In this document: positions 10,948 to 20,988 of the stretch, in pieces | How positions within the stretch are numbered: the first letter of the stretch is position 1 | Layout of the letters: each line of letters opens with the position of its first letter | From: an uncultured Desulfobacterales bacterium | GTDB lineage: Bacteria > Desulfobacterota > Dissulfuribacteria > Dissulfuribacterales > JAMONC01 | Assembly (NCBI GenBank): GCA_964578585.1 | Contig: CAZODM010000003.1 | Location: forward strand, 1 to 56,644 | Direction: 5' to 3' | Length of the DNA stretch: 56,644 bases | Made by a program: the position numbers and the translations under genes | The notes under the pieces: generated by a model | Told to the model about the DNA's origin: nothing | Databases searched by the model: none | Seen by the model: the letters and a program-made list of their open reading frames with translations, nothing else

Positions 10948-11656
10948 AGTGGGCTCTAATACACCTAAGAAGTTAAGATCAAAGGTATATAAGATATTGT
11001 CATCAAATAACTTTGAGGATGCAATGGCACTTTTGGATGAGATACCAGCTAAAAAGGTGATAAACCCTCTAATTTCACATTTTTATCATTCTGATCCTAA
11101 GGTTAGGTGGTGGGCTATTTCGGGTTTTGGAAGAGCAATAAATAGATTAGCAGAGCAAGATTTAGAATCTGCCAGAATTATTATGAGAAGGCTTATGTGG
11201 AGCTTAAATGATGAATCAGGAGGAATTGGATGGGGTGCACCAGAGGCAATGGGAGAAGCCATGGTGCAAAATGCCAAATTGGCAGATGAATATGTAAGGA
11301 TATTAATATCTTATATATGGGAAGATGGAAACTTTTTAGAACATGATCCCCTTAGAAAAGGGGCGCTTTGGGGCATAATGAGGCTTTCTGAAAAAAGGGC
11401 GTCTTTATTAAGGGGCTATGACACCGCAAGTTTTTTAAGGCCGTATCTTTCAGATAGAGATTTAGAGACTAAAGCGCTTAGTGCACTTGCTCTAAAAAAT
11501 GTTGGAGATGTTCAAGACTGTTCTAGCCTAGCTGATCTTGCCAAAGAAGATACTCTCAAGACTCAAAGACTGCGGATATATAAAGGAGATGGGAAGTTCA
11601 TGGAAGAGGACTTCTTTAGTCTCCTTAGAGATATTCAAGAAGTCCTATGTGCATAG
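10940..11656 (+). CDS. HEAT/armadillo-like repeat protein, function unknown
   Basis: 238 aa; GTG start overlaps the roo stop by 8 nt; helical-repeat-like sequence (DPKVRWWAISGFGRA, LNDESGGIGWGAPEAMGEA). Confidence 0.5.
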   Translation: MDKVGSNTPKKLRSKVYKILSSNNFEDAMALLDEIPAKKVINPLISHFYHSDPKVRWWAISGFGRAINRLAEQDLESARIIMRRLMWSLNDESGGIGWGAPEAMGEAMVQNAKLADEYVRILISYIWEDGNFLEHDPLRKGALWGIMRLSEKRASLLRGYDTASFLRPYLSDRDLETKALSALALKNVGDVQDCSSLADLAKEDTLKTQRLRIYKGDGKFMEEDFFSLLRDIQEVLCA

Positions 11657-11690
11657 GGAATTAATCCAATTTTAAAAAGGAGGTGGCAAT

Positions 11691-13010
11691 ATGGATATTG
11701 TCGCACTGTCTCGACTGCAGTTTGCAGTTGCGTCCTTGTTTCATTTTCTGTTTGTTCCTCTAACCCTTGGGCTTTCTATATTAACTGCTATCTTTGAGAC
11801 TCTATATGTAAAGACAGGGGATGAGGACTATAAAAGGGCTACTAAGTTTTGGGGTAAACTGTTTCTTATAAACTTTGCCCTTGGAGTGGTAACAGGTATA
11901 ACCCTTGAGTTTCAGTTTGGGACAAACTGGGCAGAGTATTCAAAGTACGTAGGTGATGTCTTTGGATCACTTTTGGCAATTGAGGCAACATTAGCATTCT
12001 TCTTAGAGTCAGTGTTTTTAGGTGTATGGATATTTGGTTGGGAAAAACTTTCTAAAAAGGCTCATGCAATCTGTATTTGGATTGTTGCAATAGCCTCAAA
12101 TGTGTCTGCCCTATGGATACTAGTTGCAAATGCTTGGATGCAGCACCCTGTAGGTTATGTCATTAGAAATGGAAGGGCAGAGCTTACTGATTTTACCCAG
12201 GTAGTTACACAAAAGTTTGCTGTACTAGAGTTTTTACACACTATAAGTGGTGCTTATATCCTTGCAGGGTTCTTTGTAATGGGTGTAAGTGCTTGGCATC
12301 TTCTTAGAAAGAATGAAGTTGCTCTATTCAAGAAATCATTTAAGGTTGCAGTAATATTTGCTCTTATATTTGCTCTGTTTGAAGGCTTTGAGGGGCATAT
12401 GCATGCATCTGAGGTGGCAGAGACCCAGCCTACCAAACTTGCAGCAATGGAGTCTTTGTGGAATACAGAGTCACACGCACCCATGTATCTATTTTTAATT
12501 CCAGATGCTCAACATGAGAGAAATGCCATAGAAATTGGTAAGATCCCAGGCTTATTAAGCTTTTTAGCCTTTGACAACACAAATGCTACAGTAAAAGGAC
12601 TAAAGGCATTTCCAAAAGAGGATCGCCCTCCAGTAGATCTTACCTTCTGGTCATTTAGGATCATGGTTGGGCTTGGTACGTTATTTATATTGCTTAGCTT
12701 ATGGGGATTTTTTGTAAGGAACAATATAGAAAAACATACTGGGTTACTAAAGCTTCTTATACTTTGTATACCACTGCCTTACATAGCAAATGAAGCAGGT
12801 TGGATAGTAGCAGAAGTTGGGCGCCAGCCTTGGATTGTATATGGCATGATGAAGACCTCTCAGGCAGTGTCACCCCTTATTTCAACCCAGGTTGTCATCT
12901 CCCTTATAGCTTTTGTGGTGCTTTATTCCTTGCTAGGGCTGGCAGATTTCTTCTTGTTGTTTAAGTATGCTAGAAAAGGTCCTGAAACAGCTATGGCAAC
13001 AGCTAAATAA
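11691..13010 (+). CDS. cydA: Cytochrome bd ubiquinol/menaquinol oxidase subunit I
   Basis: 439 aa; N-terminus LSRLQFAVASLFHFLFVPLTLG; conserved GRQPW motif; multiple TM helices. Confidence 0.95.
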   Translation: MDIVALSRLQFAVASLFHFLFVPLTLGLSILTAIFETLYVKTGDEDYKRATKFWGKLFLINFALGVVTGITLEFQFGTNWAEYSKYVGDVFGSLLAIEATLAFFLESVFLGVWIFGWEKLSKKAHAICIWIVAIASNVSALWILVANAWMQHPVGYVIRNGRAELTDFTQVVTQKFAVLEFLHTISGAYILAGFFVMGVSAWHLLRKNEVALFKKSFKVAVIFALIFALFEGFEGHMHASEVAETQPTKLAAMESLWNTESHAPMYLFLIPDAQHERNAIEIGKIPGLLSFLAFDNTNATVKGLKAFPKEDRPPVDLTFWSFRIMVGLGTLFILLSLWGFFVRNNIEKHTGLLKLLILCIPLPYIANEAGWIVAEVGRQPWIVYGMMKTSQAVSPLISTQVVISLIAFVVLYSLLGLADFFLLFKYARKGPETAMATAK

Positions 13011-13027
13011 AAAGGGAGGTGAATACA

Positions 13028-14053
13028 ATGCTAGAGACTATATGGTTTATACTTTGGGGTGTGTTATGGGCTGTCTATTTTATGTTAGATGGATTTGATT
13101 TTGGCATTGGTATGTTAATGCCATTTTTAGCCAAAGACGATACAGAGCGCCGCATCATGTATAATGCTATGGGCCCATTTTGGGATGGTAATGAGGTTTG
13201 GCTTATAACAGCAGGAGGTGCAACATTTGCTGCTTTTCCTACTACCTATGCTGTTATGTTTAGCACACTTTATACACCTCTTTTGATTATATTATTTGCC
13301 CTTATTGTAAGGGGAGTCTCTTTTGAATTTAGGGGTAAGGTAGATAGTGCTGGTTGGAGGTCTATTTGGGATTTTTGTCTCATAATAGGAAGTTTTGTTC
13401 CAGCACTTTTATTTGGAGTGGCATTTGCCAATATATTTGAAGGCATCCCCTTTGATGGTAAGGGAATACTACATGGCAATCTACTGACACTTTTAAATCC
13501 ATATGGTATTGCAGGTGGAATTTTATTTGTGCTTTTGTTCTTAGTACATGGTGCCCTTTGGCTTTGTGTAAAGACAAACGATGACTTACAAAAAAGGGCA
13601 GCATCTGCTGCTTCAAAACTTTGGATACCGTTATTGATTGTAGCAGTTATATTCCTTGCTTACTCCTATAAAGCAACCAATTTGTATGCAAATTACTTTA
13701 AGTGGCCAGTCCTTTGGATTATTCCTGCTATAGCAGTAATTGCCTTGTTGCTTACAAGGGTATTTATAGCACAAAGAAGTTGGTGGAAGGCATGGTTTGC
13801 ATCAAGTGCAACTATATTGGGTTGCACCTTTTTTGGTGTAGCTGGGCTTTATCCAAATCTTTTCCCATCAAGTCTTAATCCAAAATATAGTCTTACTGCT
13901 TTTAATTCCGCATCAAGTCCTTTAACCTTAAAGATTATGTTAGTAGTTGCACTTGTAATGGTACCAATTGTAATTATTTACCAAAGCTGGGTATATTATA
14001 CCTTTAGAGATAAAGTACGGAAGGAAGATCTATCTTATGAAGAGGCCTATTAA
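13028..14053 (+). CDS. cydB: Cytochrome bd oxidase subunit II
   Basis: Motifs DGFDFGIGML and WDGNEVWLI. The ORF track starts at GTG 13019, but GGGAGG (13014-13019) sits 8 nt before ATG 13028, so I favour 13028. Confidence 0.92.
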   Translation: MLETIWFILWGVLWAVYFMLDGFDFGIGMLMPFLAKDDTERRIMYNAMGPFWDGNEVWLITAGGATFAAFPTTYAVMFSTLYTPLLIILFALIVRGVSFEFRGKVDSAGWRSIWDFCLIIGSFVPALLFGVAFANIFEGIPFDGKGILHGNLLTLLNPYGIAGGILFVLLFLVHGALWLCVKTNDDLQKRAASAASKLWIPLLIVAVIFLAYSYKATNLYANYFKWPVLWIIPAIAVIALLLTRVFIAQRSWWKAWFASSATILGCTFFGVAGLYPNLFPSSLNPKYSLTAFNSASSPLTLKIMLVVALVMVPIVIIYQSWVYYTFRDKVRKEDLSYEEAY

Positions 14054-14107
14054 TTGCTTATATAGTAAATATCATCCATAACCCCCAACTCAAATACTCA
14101 AGCCCCT

Positions 14108-14147
14108 GGCAGCTAGGTTTAATAGATCTAGCTGCCATTTATTTTTT
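14108..14147 (+). terminator. Rho-independent terminator closing the oxygen-defence cluster
   Basis: GGCAGCTAG (14108-14116) pairs with CTAGCTGCC (14128-14136), followed by ATTTATTTTTT. Confidence 0.8.
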
Positions 14148-14999
14148 AAATGTAATTACTGTAACTTCAGGGCGAACTCCTATCCTAATTGGAAGTCTTG
14201 GAGTCACTCCTATCCCTGCATTTACATATAACCAAGCATGACCTTTATGGAATAGTCCGTGCATGTGTTTTGGATTTGGTTTAACTTTGAGTTTTTCCCA
14301 AAGCCAAGTAGGAAGTCTTATTTGTCCACCATGAGTATCGCCGCATAGCCAAAGTTGTGGATGGGAAAAACAGGTCTTATTCCACCCTAGAGATGAATGA
14401 GATAAAACAAGGACAGGGGCTTTTTGAGATCTTATTAATTTGATTATCTTGGGATCTGCAAGGAGTGAACTTAAAGGATCAACACCAAGTATAGTGATTT
14501 TGTATCCTTTAATGATAAGATGTACTAGCTGATTTTTTAAAAAGTGTGGGTATTTTCGTACAATATTGAACCATCCCCAATTAGTATATGGATGGCAAAA
14601 TATACAGCCTAGCTTTCCTTCAAAGCAAGAATCCGCATCTCCAAGGACTATATAAACTCCGTACTTAGAAGGTATCTGATTTACAAAATCAAGGCTAGCT
14701 CCAGCTCTATCGCCCCATTGCATTAAGTCCCCAGTAATACATACAATGTCAGGCTTTATGCCCTTTATAATCTTAAGGAGTTTTTCTTGTATGTGTCCAG
14801 ATCTACTTATGTGCAAATCTGATATTTGTACTATCTTTATATTGCCCCATGCATTATAGAGTGTAGGATCTTTTATACAGATATGGGTTAGTTTTATCCA
14901 TTCAGGTTCAATGAATGCTCCATAGATTAATAGAGAGATAAAAAGCGATAATGAGACTAGTAATAAATATCTTTTATATTTTTTAAATAACTTAATCAT
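14139..14999 (-). CDS. Membrane-anchored metallophosphoesterase
   Basis: 286 aa; N-terminal TM helix; calcineurin-like motifs (ISDLHI, TGDL, GDTHGGQ). Confidence 0.8.
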   Translation of the reverse strand: MIKLFKKYKRYLLLVSLSLFISLLIYGAFIEPEWIKLTHICIKDPTLYNAWGNIKIVQISDLHISRSGHIQEKLLKIIKGIKPDIVCITGDLMQWGDRAGASLDFVNQIPSKYGVYIVLGDADSCFEGKLGCIFCHPYTNWGWFNIVRKYPHFLKNQLVHLIIKGYKITILGVDPLSSLLADPKIIKLIRSQKAPVLVLSHSSLGWNKTCFSHPQLWLCGDTHGGQIRLPTWLWEKLKVKPNPKHMHGLFHKGHAWLYVNAGIGVTPRLPIRIGVRPEVTVITFKK

Positions 15000-15185
15000 C
15001 TTAAAAATGGCTAAAATATGCTATTTTTAGAAAAAAGATAACATTAACTACTTGCTAAAATACTAAAAACTGGATAACATAAATAATTACAATATAGTTC
15101 TAAAGATTTTTTATAACTTCCTTTTATATGTAATGCCTGCACCTGCCTTTTACTCTAAAAAATGATGCAATAAAAGGATATTTTT

Positions 15186-18100
15186 ATGAAAGAAGAGTTA
15201 AAGCTAGCTATTTATTCTTCTACAGGTACAGATGCCTTTGCTTGGAGTAGAGCTATAGCAAGTCTTAGCTTCCCATGTAAGGCTATTTTTAGATCTAAAA
15301 CAGATCTGTTTGACTCAAAACAAGAAGAACGTTTTTTAGAGTTTGCTGAGCAATCTGATGTGCTAATAGTACTTCCCCACGGAGGGCTTGATAACTTTCC
15401 AAAACTAAAGTCATTAATAGAAAAATATCATACACAAAAGGATAAGCTTCTACATATACAACCAGTTTCAGGTTCAGATGAAGACATAGAGCTATCGAAA
15501 TATTCGACAGGTTTTGGATCAGAAGATTTTAACATTCGTCTAAAATATATTTTGTTTGGTGGAGTAGATAATTTTGTATCTCTTTTAACCCATATCTACA
15601 ATACGCTTACAGGTAAAAAACTAAAACTCTTGGAGCCCGTAAGACTTCCTACAGAGGGTATATATCATCCTGACATGACTAAGCTGTTAGAACTTGATGA
15701 ATATCTTAGATGGGCTCAAAAGAGGATATCAAAAGATGCACCTATTGTAGGGATATGGTTTTATCAGGTTTGGTGGCTAAATAAAAATTTGGGCTTTATA
15801 GACTATTTAATTAGAGAGATAGAAAGGCAAGGGGCAATAGCCTTAGCAGTTTTCCATAATCGTTTTAAAGACGAGGTCTTAAATAATCTTGATGCAAGAG
15901 AGGTTGTAGAGAAATTTTTTAAAAAAGATGGGCATACTATTATAGATTGTCTTCTTTCTACAGTACTTTTTTCTCTTACACTTTTAGACAAAAGCCTTAG
16001 TGACCTTTACCCTGGCATAGATTGTCCTGTCCTTCAACTAATACCAAGTTTTGGAGAAAGAAGTTATTGGGAGAGCTCTCTTAGAGGGCTTTCTCCTATG
16101 GATATTAGTATTAGTGTTGCTCAGCCAGAGTTTGATGGGCTTTTAATCACAACTGTTACAGCAACTAGGGAGATAAAACATAAGGATCCAGTTACAGGGG
16201 CAATGCTTATAACCCAAGAACCTGTTAAAGAAAGGATAAAAAAGGTTGTAAGCCTTGCACTTAATTGGATAAGGCTTAAAAAAACACCAAATTCAGATAA
16301 GAAGATTGCTATTATATTTCATCACTATCCACCACGATCAGACCAGATGGGGTGTGCCTTTGGACTTGATAGTTTTAGAAGTGTGGCTTTAATCTTAAAA
16401 AAACTAAAGGAACATGGTTATAAACTAAATGAGCTTTTTGATGCGGATGAACTCTCTAAAAGGCTTTTAAGTGCTCAAATAAATGACAGACGCTATCTTG
16501 ACACAAAGGAGCTTTATAAAAGGAGCATTGCCCAAATATCAGAAGATACTTACAAGCTATGGATAAAAGAGCTTCCTAACAAGACCTATAAAGAGCTTAG
16601 GTCTTCATGGAATGAGCCGCCGGGGGAATTTTTCTCATATAAAGGTAAGAGTCTAATTGGTGGTATAATAAATGGGAATATCTTTATAGGGCTTCAGCCA
16701 CCACGAGGTCATCTTGAAAAGATAGAAGAAACTCCAGAGGTAGATGTAAAAAATATTCATGACCCAGAACTTCCACCTACATATCACTATCTATTTTTTT
16801 ATAGATGGATAAGGCATGTATTTAAGGCACATGCTGTGATACATGTAGGTAAACATGGAAGCCTTGAGTGGTTACCTGGTAAGGCAATTGGGCTTTCTTG
16901 CACTTGTTATCCAGACCTTTCAATAATGGATATTCCAAATCTATATCCTTACATAGTGAATGATCCTGGTGAAGGGACTCAAGCAAAAAGAAGAAGTTAT
17001 GCAGTAATACTTGATCATTTAATCCCAGCTCAAGCCCGTGCTGGGAAAAGTGAGTCTTTGATATCATTAGAGAATATCTTAGAGAGAATATACCATGCAC
17101 GTATGGAAAACCCCTCTAAGCTACCAATCTTTTTAGATGAACTATGGGAGAAGGTCTTAGAGTTAAATCTAGATAAGGATTTAAAGATAGAGGAGAAGCC
17201 TACAAGGGATGAGCTAGATGAATTTTGTGAAAAACTACATGGCTATTTAAATCAAGTAGCAGATAGTAATATCAATTTAGGACTTCATACTTTTGGGGTT
17301 GCTCCTAAGGGAGAGAGATTTTTAGAGACTATTTGTGAGCTTACTAAACTCTCTGGTCCCAATAGGGCTTCTTTAAGAGGAGTGATAGCAGAGATCTTTG
17401 GTCTTGATCATGAAACTCTTATGAAGGAGCCTGGGCTATTTGTTGATAAATACCAAAAAAGTGCGGGCCAACTTCTTGAAGATTTTTATGATATATCACT
17501 TTCGTTGTTAAAGAGATTAGAAAGCCATCTTTGGCCTAGTGATAAAAATAGCGTATTGAAGATTGTTCAAAGTGAGGCAAGATTAAAAAAACAGTTGCAT
17601 AATAATAAGTTAGAAAACAAATTGGTCTCTACACTTTTATATATCTCAAAAGAGCTTGTTCCAAAACTCCTTAATACCAAGAATGAAATAGAGCATCTAA
17701 TCCATGGACTTAGTGGAGGTTTTGTCCCAGCTGGTGCCTCAGGTTGTCCGACAAAGGGCGATCATAAGATGCTTCCTACTGGTAATAATTTTTACTCTGT
17801 TGATCCTCAAAAGATCCCTACCAAAGAGGCATGGCAAATGGGAGTTAAATTAGCAGATGCCTTAATTAAGCGATATGTAGAGGATCATGGAGACTATCCT
17901 AAACAGCTTGGAATCATAATTTGGGGCTCTCCAACCATGAGGACAGGTGGGGATGATGTTGCACAAGCCCTTTATCTTATGGGGGTACGTCCCATTTGGC
18001 ATAAGACCACAGGAAATGTAACGGGTTTAAGGGTTATTGATTTAAAAGAGCTAAAGAGGCCAAGAATAGATGTAACTATTAGGACTAGCGGATTTTTTAG

Positions 18101-18986
18101 GGATGCATTTTCAAATCTTATGGAACTCTTAGATCAGGCTGCCCAAATGGTGGCTTCTTTAAAGGAGCCAGAGGATAAAAACTTTTTAGCTTTTCATGTA
18201 AGACAAGATATAAAGGAATTTTTAGCCAAGGGGTTAAGTGAAGATGATGCAAAGAGACTTGCAGCCATAAGGGTCTTTAGTGATAAGCCTGGTACCTATG
18301 GTGCAGGAATAAATGCCTTACTTGATAGTTCAAGATGGCAGGAAGCAAAAGATCTTGGTGAAGTTTGGATAGATTGGGGTGGTTATGGTTATGGTGTAGA
18401 TATGTATGGAGAAAAGGCACATCAAAGTTTTAGAACTCAGCTAAGTAGGGTAGAGCTTACGGTTAAGAATCAGGATTCAAGGGAGATAGATATATTAAGC
18501 AGTGATGATTTTAATGCCTACCATGGGGGAATGAATGCAGCAGTACTAGCAGCTTCTGGAAAGCGTCCAATCTCTTATTCTTTAGATAGTTCTAATCCTT
18601 CAAACCCTATTGTTCGTTCAACAGATGAGGAGATGAGGTTTATCTTTAGGGCACGTGTACTTAATCCTAAATGGATAGATGCAATGATGGAGCATGGTTA
18701 TAAGGGGGCAGGGGATTTATCTAGACTTGTTGATATAGCATTTCAATGGGATGCAACAAGTGATGTTATGGATGACTGGATGTATGAAGAGTTGGCTAAG
18801 ACATACGCACTCAATGAAAAGATGCAAGAGTTCTTTGAACAATACAATCCAGATGCTCTTTTAAACATTGCGGAGAGATTACTTGAGGCTATAAAACGTG
18901 GCATGTGGCGGGCAACGCCTGATATGGAACAAGAGTTAACAGAGCTTTATCTAAAGATGGAGGCAGAATTAGAGGGAAGGATTTAA
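15186..18986 (+). CDS. cobN: CobN/Mg-chelatase H-family large chelatase subunit
   Basis: 1266 aa; family motif VIHVGKHGSLEWLPGK; GLQPPRG; size typical of CobN. Confidence 0.9.
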   Translation: MKEELKLAIYSSTGTDAFAWSRAIASLSFPCKAIFRSKTDLFDSKQEERFLEFAEQSDVLIVLPHGGLDNFPKLKSLIEKYHTQKDKLLHIQPVSGSDEDIELSKYSTGFGSEDFNIRLKYILFGGVDNFVSLLTHIYNTLTGKKLKLLEPVRLPTEGIYHPDMTKLLELDEYLRWAQKRISKDAPIVGIWFYQVWWLNKNLGFIDYLIREIERQGAIALAVFHNRFKDEVLNNLDAREVVEKFFKKDGHTIIDCLLSTVLFSLTLLDKSLSDLYPGIDCPVLQLIPSFGERSYWESSLRGLSPMDISISVAQPEFDGLLITTVTATREIKHKDPVTGAMLITQEPVKERIKKVVSLALNWIRLKKTPNSDKKIAIIFHHYPPRSDQMGCAFGLDSFRSVALILKKLKEHGYKLNELFDADELSKRLLSAQINDRRYLDTKELYKRSIAQISEDTYKLWIKELPNKTYKELRSSWNEPPGEFFSYKGKSLIGGIINGNIFIGLQPPRGHLEKIEETPEVDVKNIHDPELPPTYHYLFFYRWIRHVFKAHAVIHVGKHGSLEWLPGKAIGLSCTCYPDLSIMDIPNLYPYIVNDPGEGTQAKRRSYAVILDHLIPAQARAGKSESLISLENILERIYHARMENPSKLPIFLDELWEKVLELNLDKDLKIEEKPTRDELDEFCEKLHGYLNQVADSNINLGLHTFGVAPKGERFLETICELTKLSGPNRASLRGVIAEIFGLDHETLMKEPGLFVDKYQKSAGQLLEDFYDISLSLLKRLESHLWPSDKNSVLKIVQSEARLKKQLHNNKLENKLVSTLLYISKELVPKLLNTKNEIEHLIHGLSGGFVPAGASGCPTKGDHKMLPTGNNFYSVDPQKIPTKEAWQMGVKLADALIKRYVEDHGDYPKQLGIIIWGSPTMRTGGDDVAQALYLMGVRPIWHKTTGNVTGLRVIDLKELKRPRIDVTIRTSGFFRDAFSNLMELLDQAAQMVASLKEPEDKNFLAFHVRQDIKEFLAKGLSEDDAKRLAAIRVFSDKPGTYGAGINALLDSSRWQEAKDLGEVWIDWGGYGYGVDMYGEKAHQSFRTQLSRVELTVKNQDSREIDILSSDDFNAYHGGMNAAVLAASGKRPISYSLDSSNPSNPIVRSTDEEMRFIFRARVLNPKWIDAMMEHGYKGAGDLSRLVDIAFQWDATSDVMDDWMYEELAKTYALNEKMQEFFEQYNPDALLNIAERLLEAIKRGMWRATPDMEQELTELYLKMEAELEGRI

Positions 18987-20986
18987 TGAAGAGAGTTTGT
19001 TTTCCTTTTACAGCAATAGTAGGGCAAGAAGAAATGAAACTTGCCCTTATTTTAAATGTTATTGATCCATCAATTGGGGGAGTGCTCTTAAAGGGCCAAA
19101 AAGGAACAGGTAAATCTACTGCGGCAAGGGCTATCGCCAATTTGGTGCCAGAACTTAACTTTGTTGAGCTTCCACTAAATGCAACAGAAGATAATCTTAT
19201 TGGTGGAATAGACTTTGAAGGGGCTTTAAGGTTTGGTGAACGGCGTATTAGGCCTGGCCTTATTGCTCAGGCTAATAATGCACTTTTATACATTGATGAA
19301 GTAAATCTTTTAGATGACTATCTTTGTCAAGCCCTTTTGGATGTAGCTACATCTGGGAAGTTGATTTTGGAAAGAGAAGGAGTCAGTGCTGTCTTTGATG
19401 CAAATATATCTCTTGTAGCAAGTATGAATCCAGAAGAAGGGGCTCTTTCTCCACAGCTTCTTGATCGTTTTGGTCTTTGTGTAGATGTAAAGGCAGAGGA
19501 GGATATTGAGCGTAGGGTAGAGCTTATTAAAAGAAAAGAGGAATTTGACAGAGACCCTAAGTCTTTTTTAAAGCTTTGGGAAAGGGCACAGTGTAGCCTT
19601 AGAAATAAGATTATAAAGGCTAGGGCATTTTTGCCTAATGTAGATATAACAGATGATGTTAGGCATTTTATTGCACAACTTTGTATGAGTAGAAACTGTG
19701 CAGGACATAGAGCTGAGCTTATTTTGGAAAGGGCATCAAAAGCATTTTGCGCATTTAATAATAAAGAGTTAGTAGGCTATGATGAAGTCATAAAAGTAAG
19801 TGAGTTGGTGTTAATCCATAGGATGAGAGATGCAATTCCTCCTCAGACTAAAGAGCAAAATAGATCTCAAGATAGAGATTCTAAACAAGATAAAAATGAT
19901 ACAAATAACACGAGAGATCATTCTCAAAAAGAGCAAACAGAAAGAGAGAAAGAAGATACAAATAAGTCTAATTCATTACAAGAAGACTCTGGTATATCTA
20001 GCCAACAGGATTTAGAGCCAAATTTAACATATGATAATTCAAAAGATACTCCTTCAGATGAACAAGACCAGGATTATGGAGAACAAGAAAATACTAGGGT
20101 ATTTTCTGTAGGAGAAGTCTTTAAACCAAAGAGGATTGAAGCTAGCAAAGATAGGGTTTCTAGGAGCATAAGAGGGAGACGTACAAGGAGTTTTTCATCT
20201 AAAAAGCAAGGGAGATATGTACGTGCTGCTATACCTAATAAAAAGATTGAAGATATCTCTGACATAGCAATGGATGCGACTATAAGGGCAGCAAGCCTTA
20301 AGGGGGCAGTATCTAATACTTATGGTAATGGGAGAGTAAAAGTACATATTTCATCTTATGATTTAAGGGTTAAGAGACGCCAAAGAAGGGTTGGAAATCT
20401 TCTTTTATTCATTATTGATGGTTCAGGTTCTATGGGGGTCCAAAACAGGATGGAGGCAACTAAAGGGGCGATAATGAGCCTTCTACTAGATGCATATCAA
20501 AAAAGAGATCAAGTAGGTCTTATAGTATTTCAGGGAGAAAAAGCCCAAACAGTATTGCCTCCTACAAATTCTATAGAGCTTGCAGCAAGGCTTTTATCAG
20601 ACCTTCCTATTGGTGGAAAGACTCCTCTTTCATCAGGACTTTTAGAGGCAACAAAGATACTTACTCAGACAAGTAGAAGAGACCCTCTACTTAAACCAAT
20701 TGTACTTTTAATAACAGATGGTAGAGCTAATGTATCGATAGATAAAAGGCAAGGGGTAAAGCCTCTTGATGAGGCAACTAAGATAGCAGCAAAGATGTCT
20801 TGGCATTTTAAAAATGCTAAATTTATTGTAGTAGATACTGAGCCAAAAGGGATTATAAGACTTGGATTATCTAAGAGATTGGCAGCAGTAATGCAGGCAG
20901 ATTATCTAGCACCAGAACAACTAAAGGCAAAAGATCTCTTAGATGCAGTAAAAAATTATACAAATGCCTCTGTGGTATCCTTTTAA
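18986..20986 (+). CDS. Chelatase AAA+/vWA subunit: ChlI-like ATPase fused through an acidic linker to a ChlD-type vWA domain
   Basis: 666 aa; FPFTAIVGQEEMK; Walker A GQKGTGKST; Walker B LYIDEVNLL; ~90-aa D/E/Q/K/N/S-rich linker; vWA MIDAS DGSGSM; start shares TAATG with the cobN stop. Confidence 0.85.
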   Translation: MKRVCFPFTAIVGQEEMKLALILNVIDPSIGGVLLKGQKGTGKSTAARAIANLVPELNFVELPLNATEDNLIGGIDFEGALRFGERRIRPGLIAQANNALLYIDEVNLLDDYLCQALLDVATSGKLILEREGVSAVFDANISLVASMNPEEGALSPQLLDRFGLCVDVKAEEDIERRVELIKRKEEFDRDPKSFLKLWERAQCSLRNKIIKARAFLPNVDITDDVRHFIAQLCMSRNCAGHRAELILERASKAFCAFNNKELVGYDEVIKVSELVLIHRMRDAIPPQTKEQNRSQDRDSKQDKNDTNNTRDHSQKEQTEREKEDTNKSNSLQEDSGISSQQDLEPNLTYDNSKDTPSDEQDQDYGEQENTRVFSVGEVFKPKRIEASKDRVSRSIRGRRTRSFSSKKQGRYVRAAIPNKKIEDISDIAMDATIRAASLKGAVSNTYGNGRVKVHISSYDLRVKRRQRRVGNLLLFIIDGSGSMGVQNRMEATKGAIMSLLLDAYQKRDQVGLIVFQGEKAQTVLPPTNSIELAARLLSDLPIGGKTPLSSGLLEATKILTQTSRRDPLLKPIVLLITDGRANVSIDKRQGVKPLDEATKIAAKMSWHFKNAKFIVVDTEPKGIIRLGLSKRLAAVMQADYLAPEQLKAKDLLDAVKNYTNASVVSF

Positions 20987-20988
20987 TT

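Noticed and set aside
15000-15185. Possible cobalamin riboswitch upstream of cobN
   Set aside because: There is no B12-box (GCCACTG-like) sequence and no GC-rich paired regions. The region is too AT-rich and short for the riboswitch fold.
18889-19140. 83-aa minus-strand ORF spanning the cobN / chlI-D junction
   Set aside because: It is antisense to two tightly coupled genes and has no RBS or homology signal.
19830-20015. 61-aa K-rich alternate-frame ORF inside the chlI-D linker
   Set aside because: It is a by-product of the A/G-rich low-complexity linker coding sequence.
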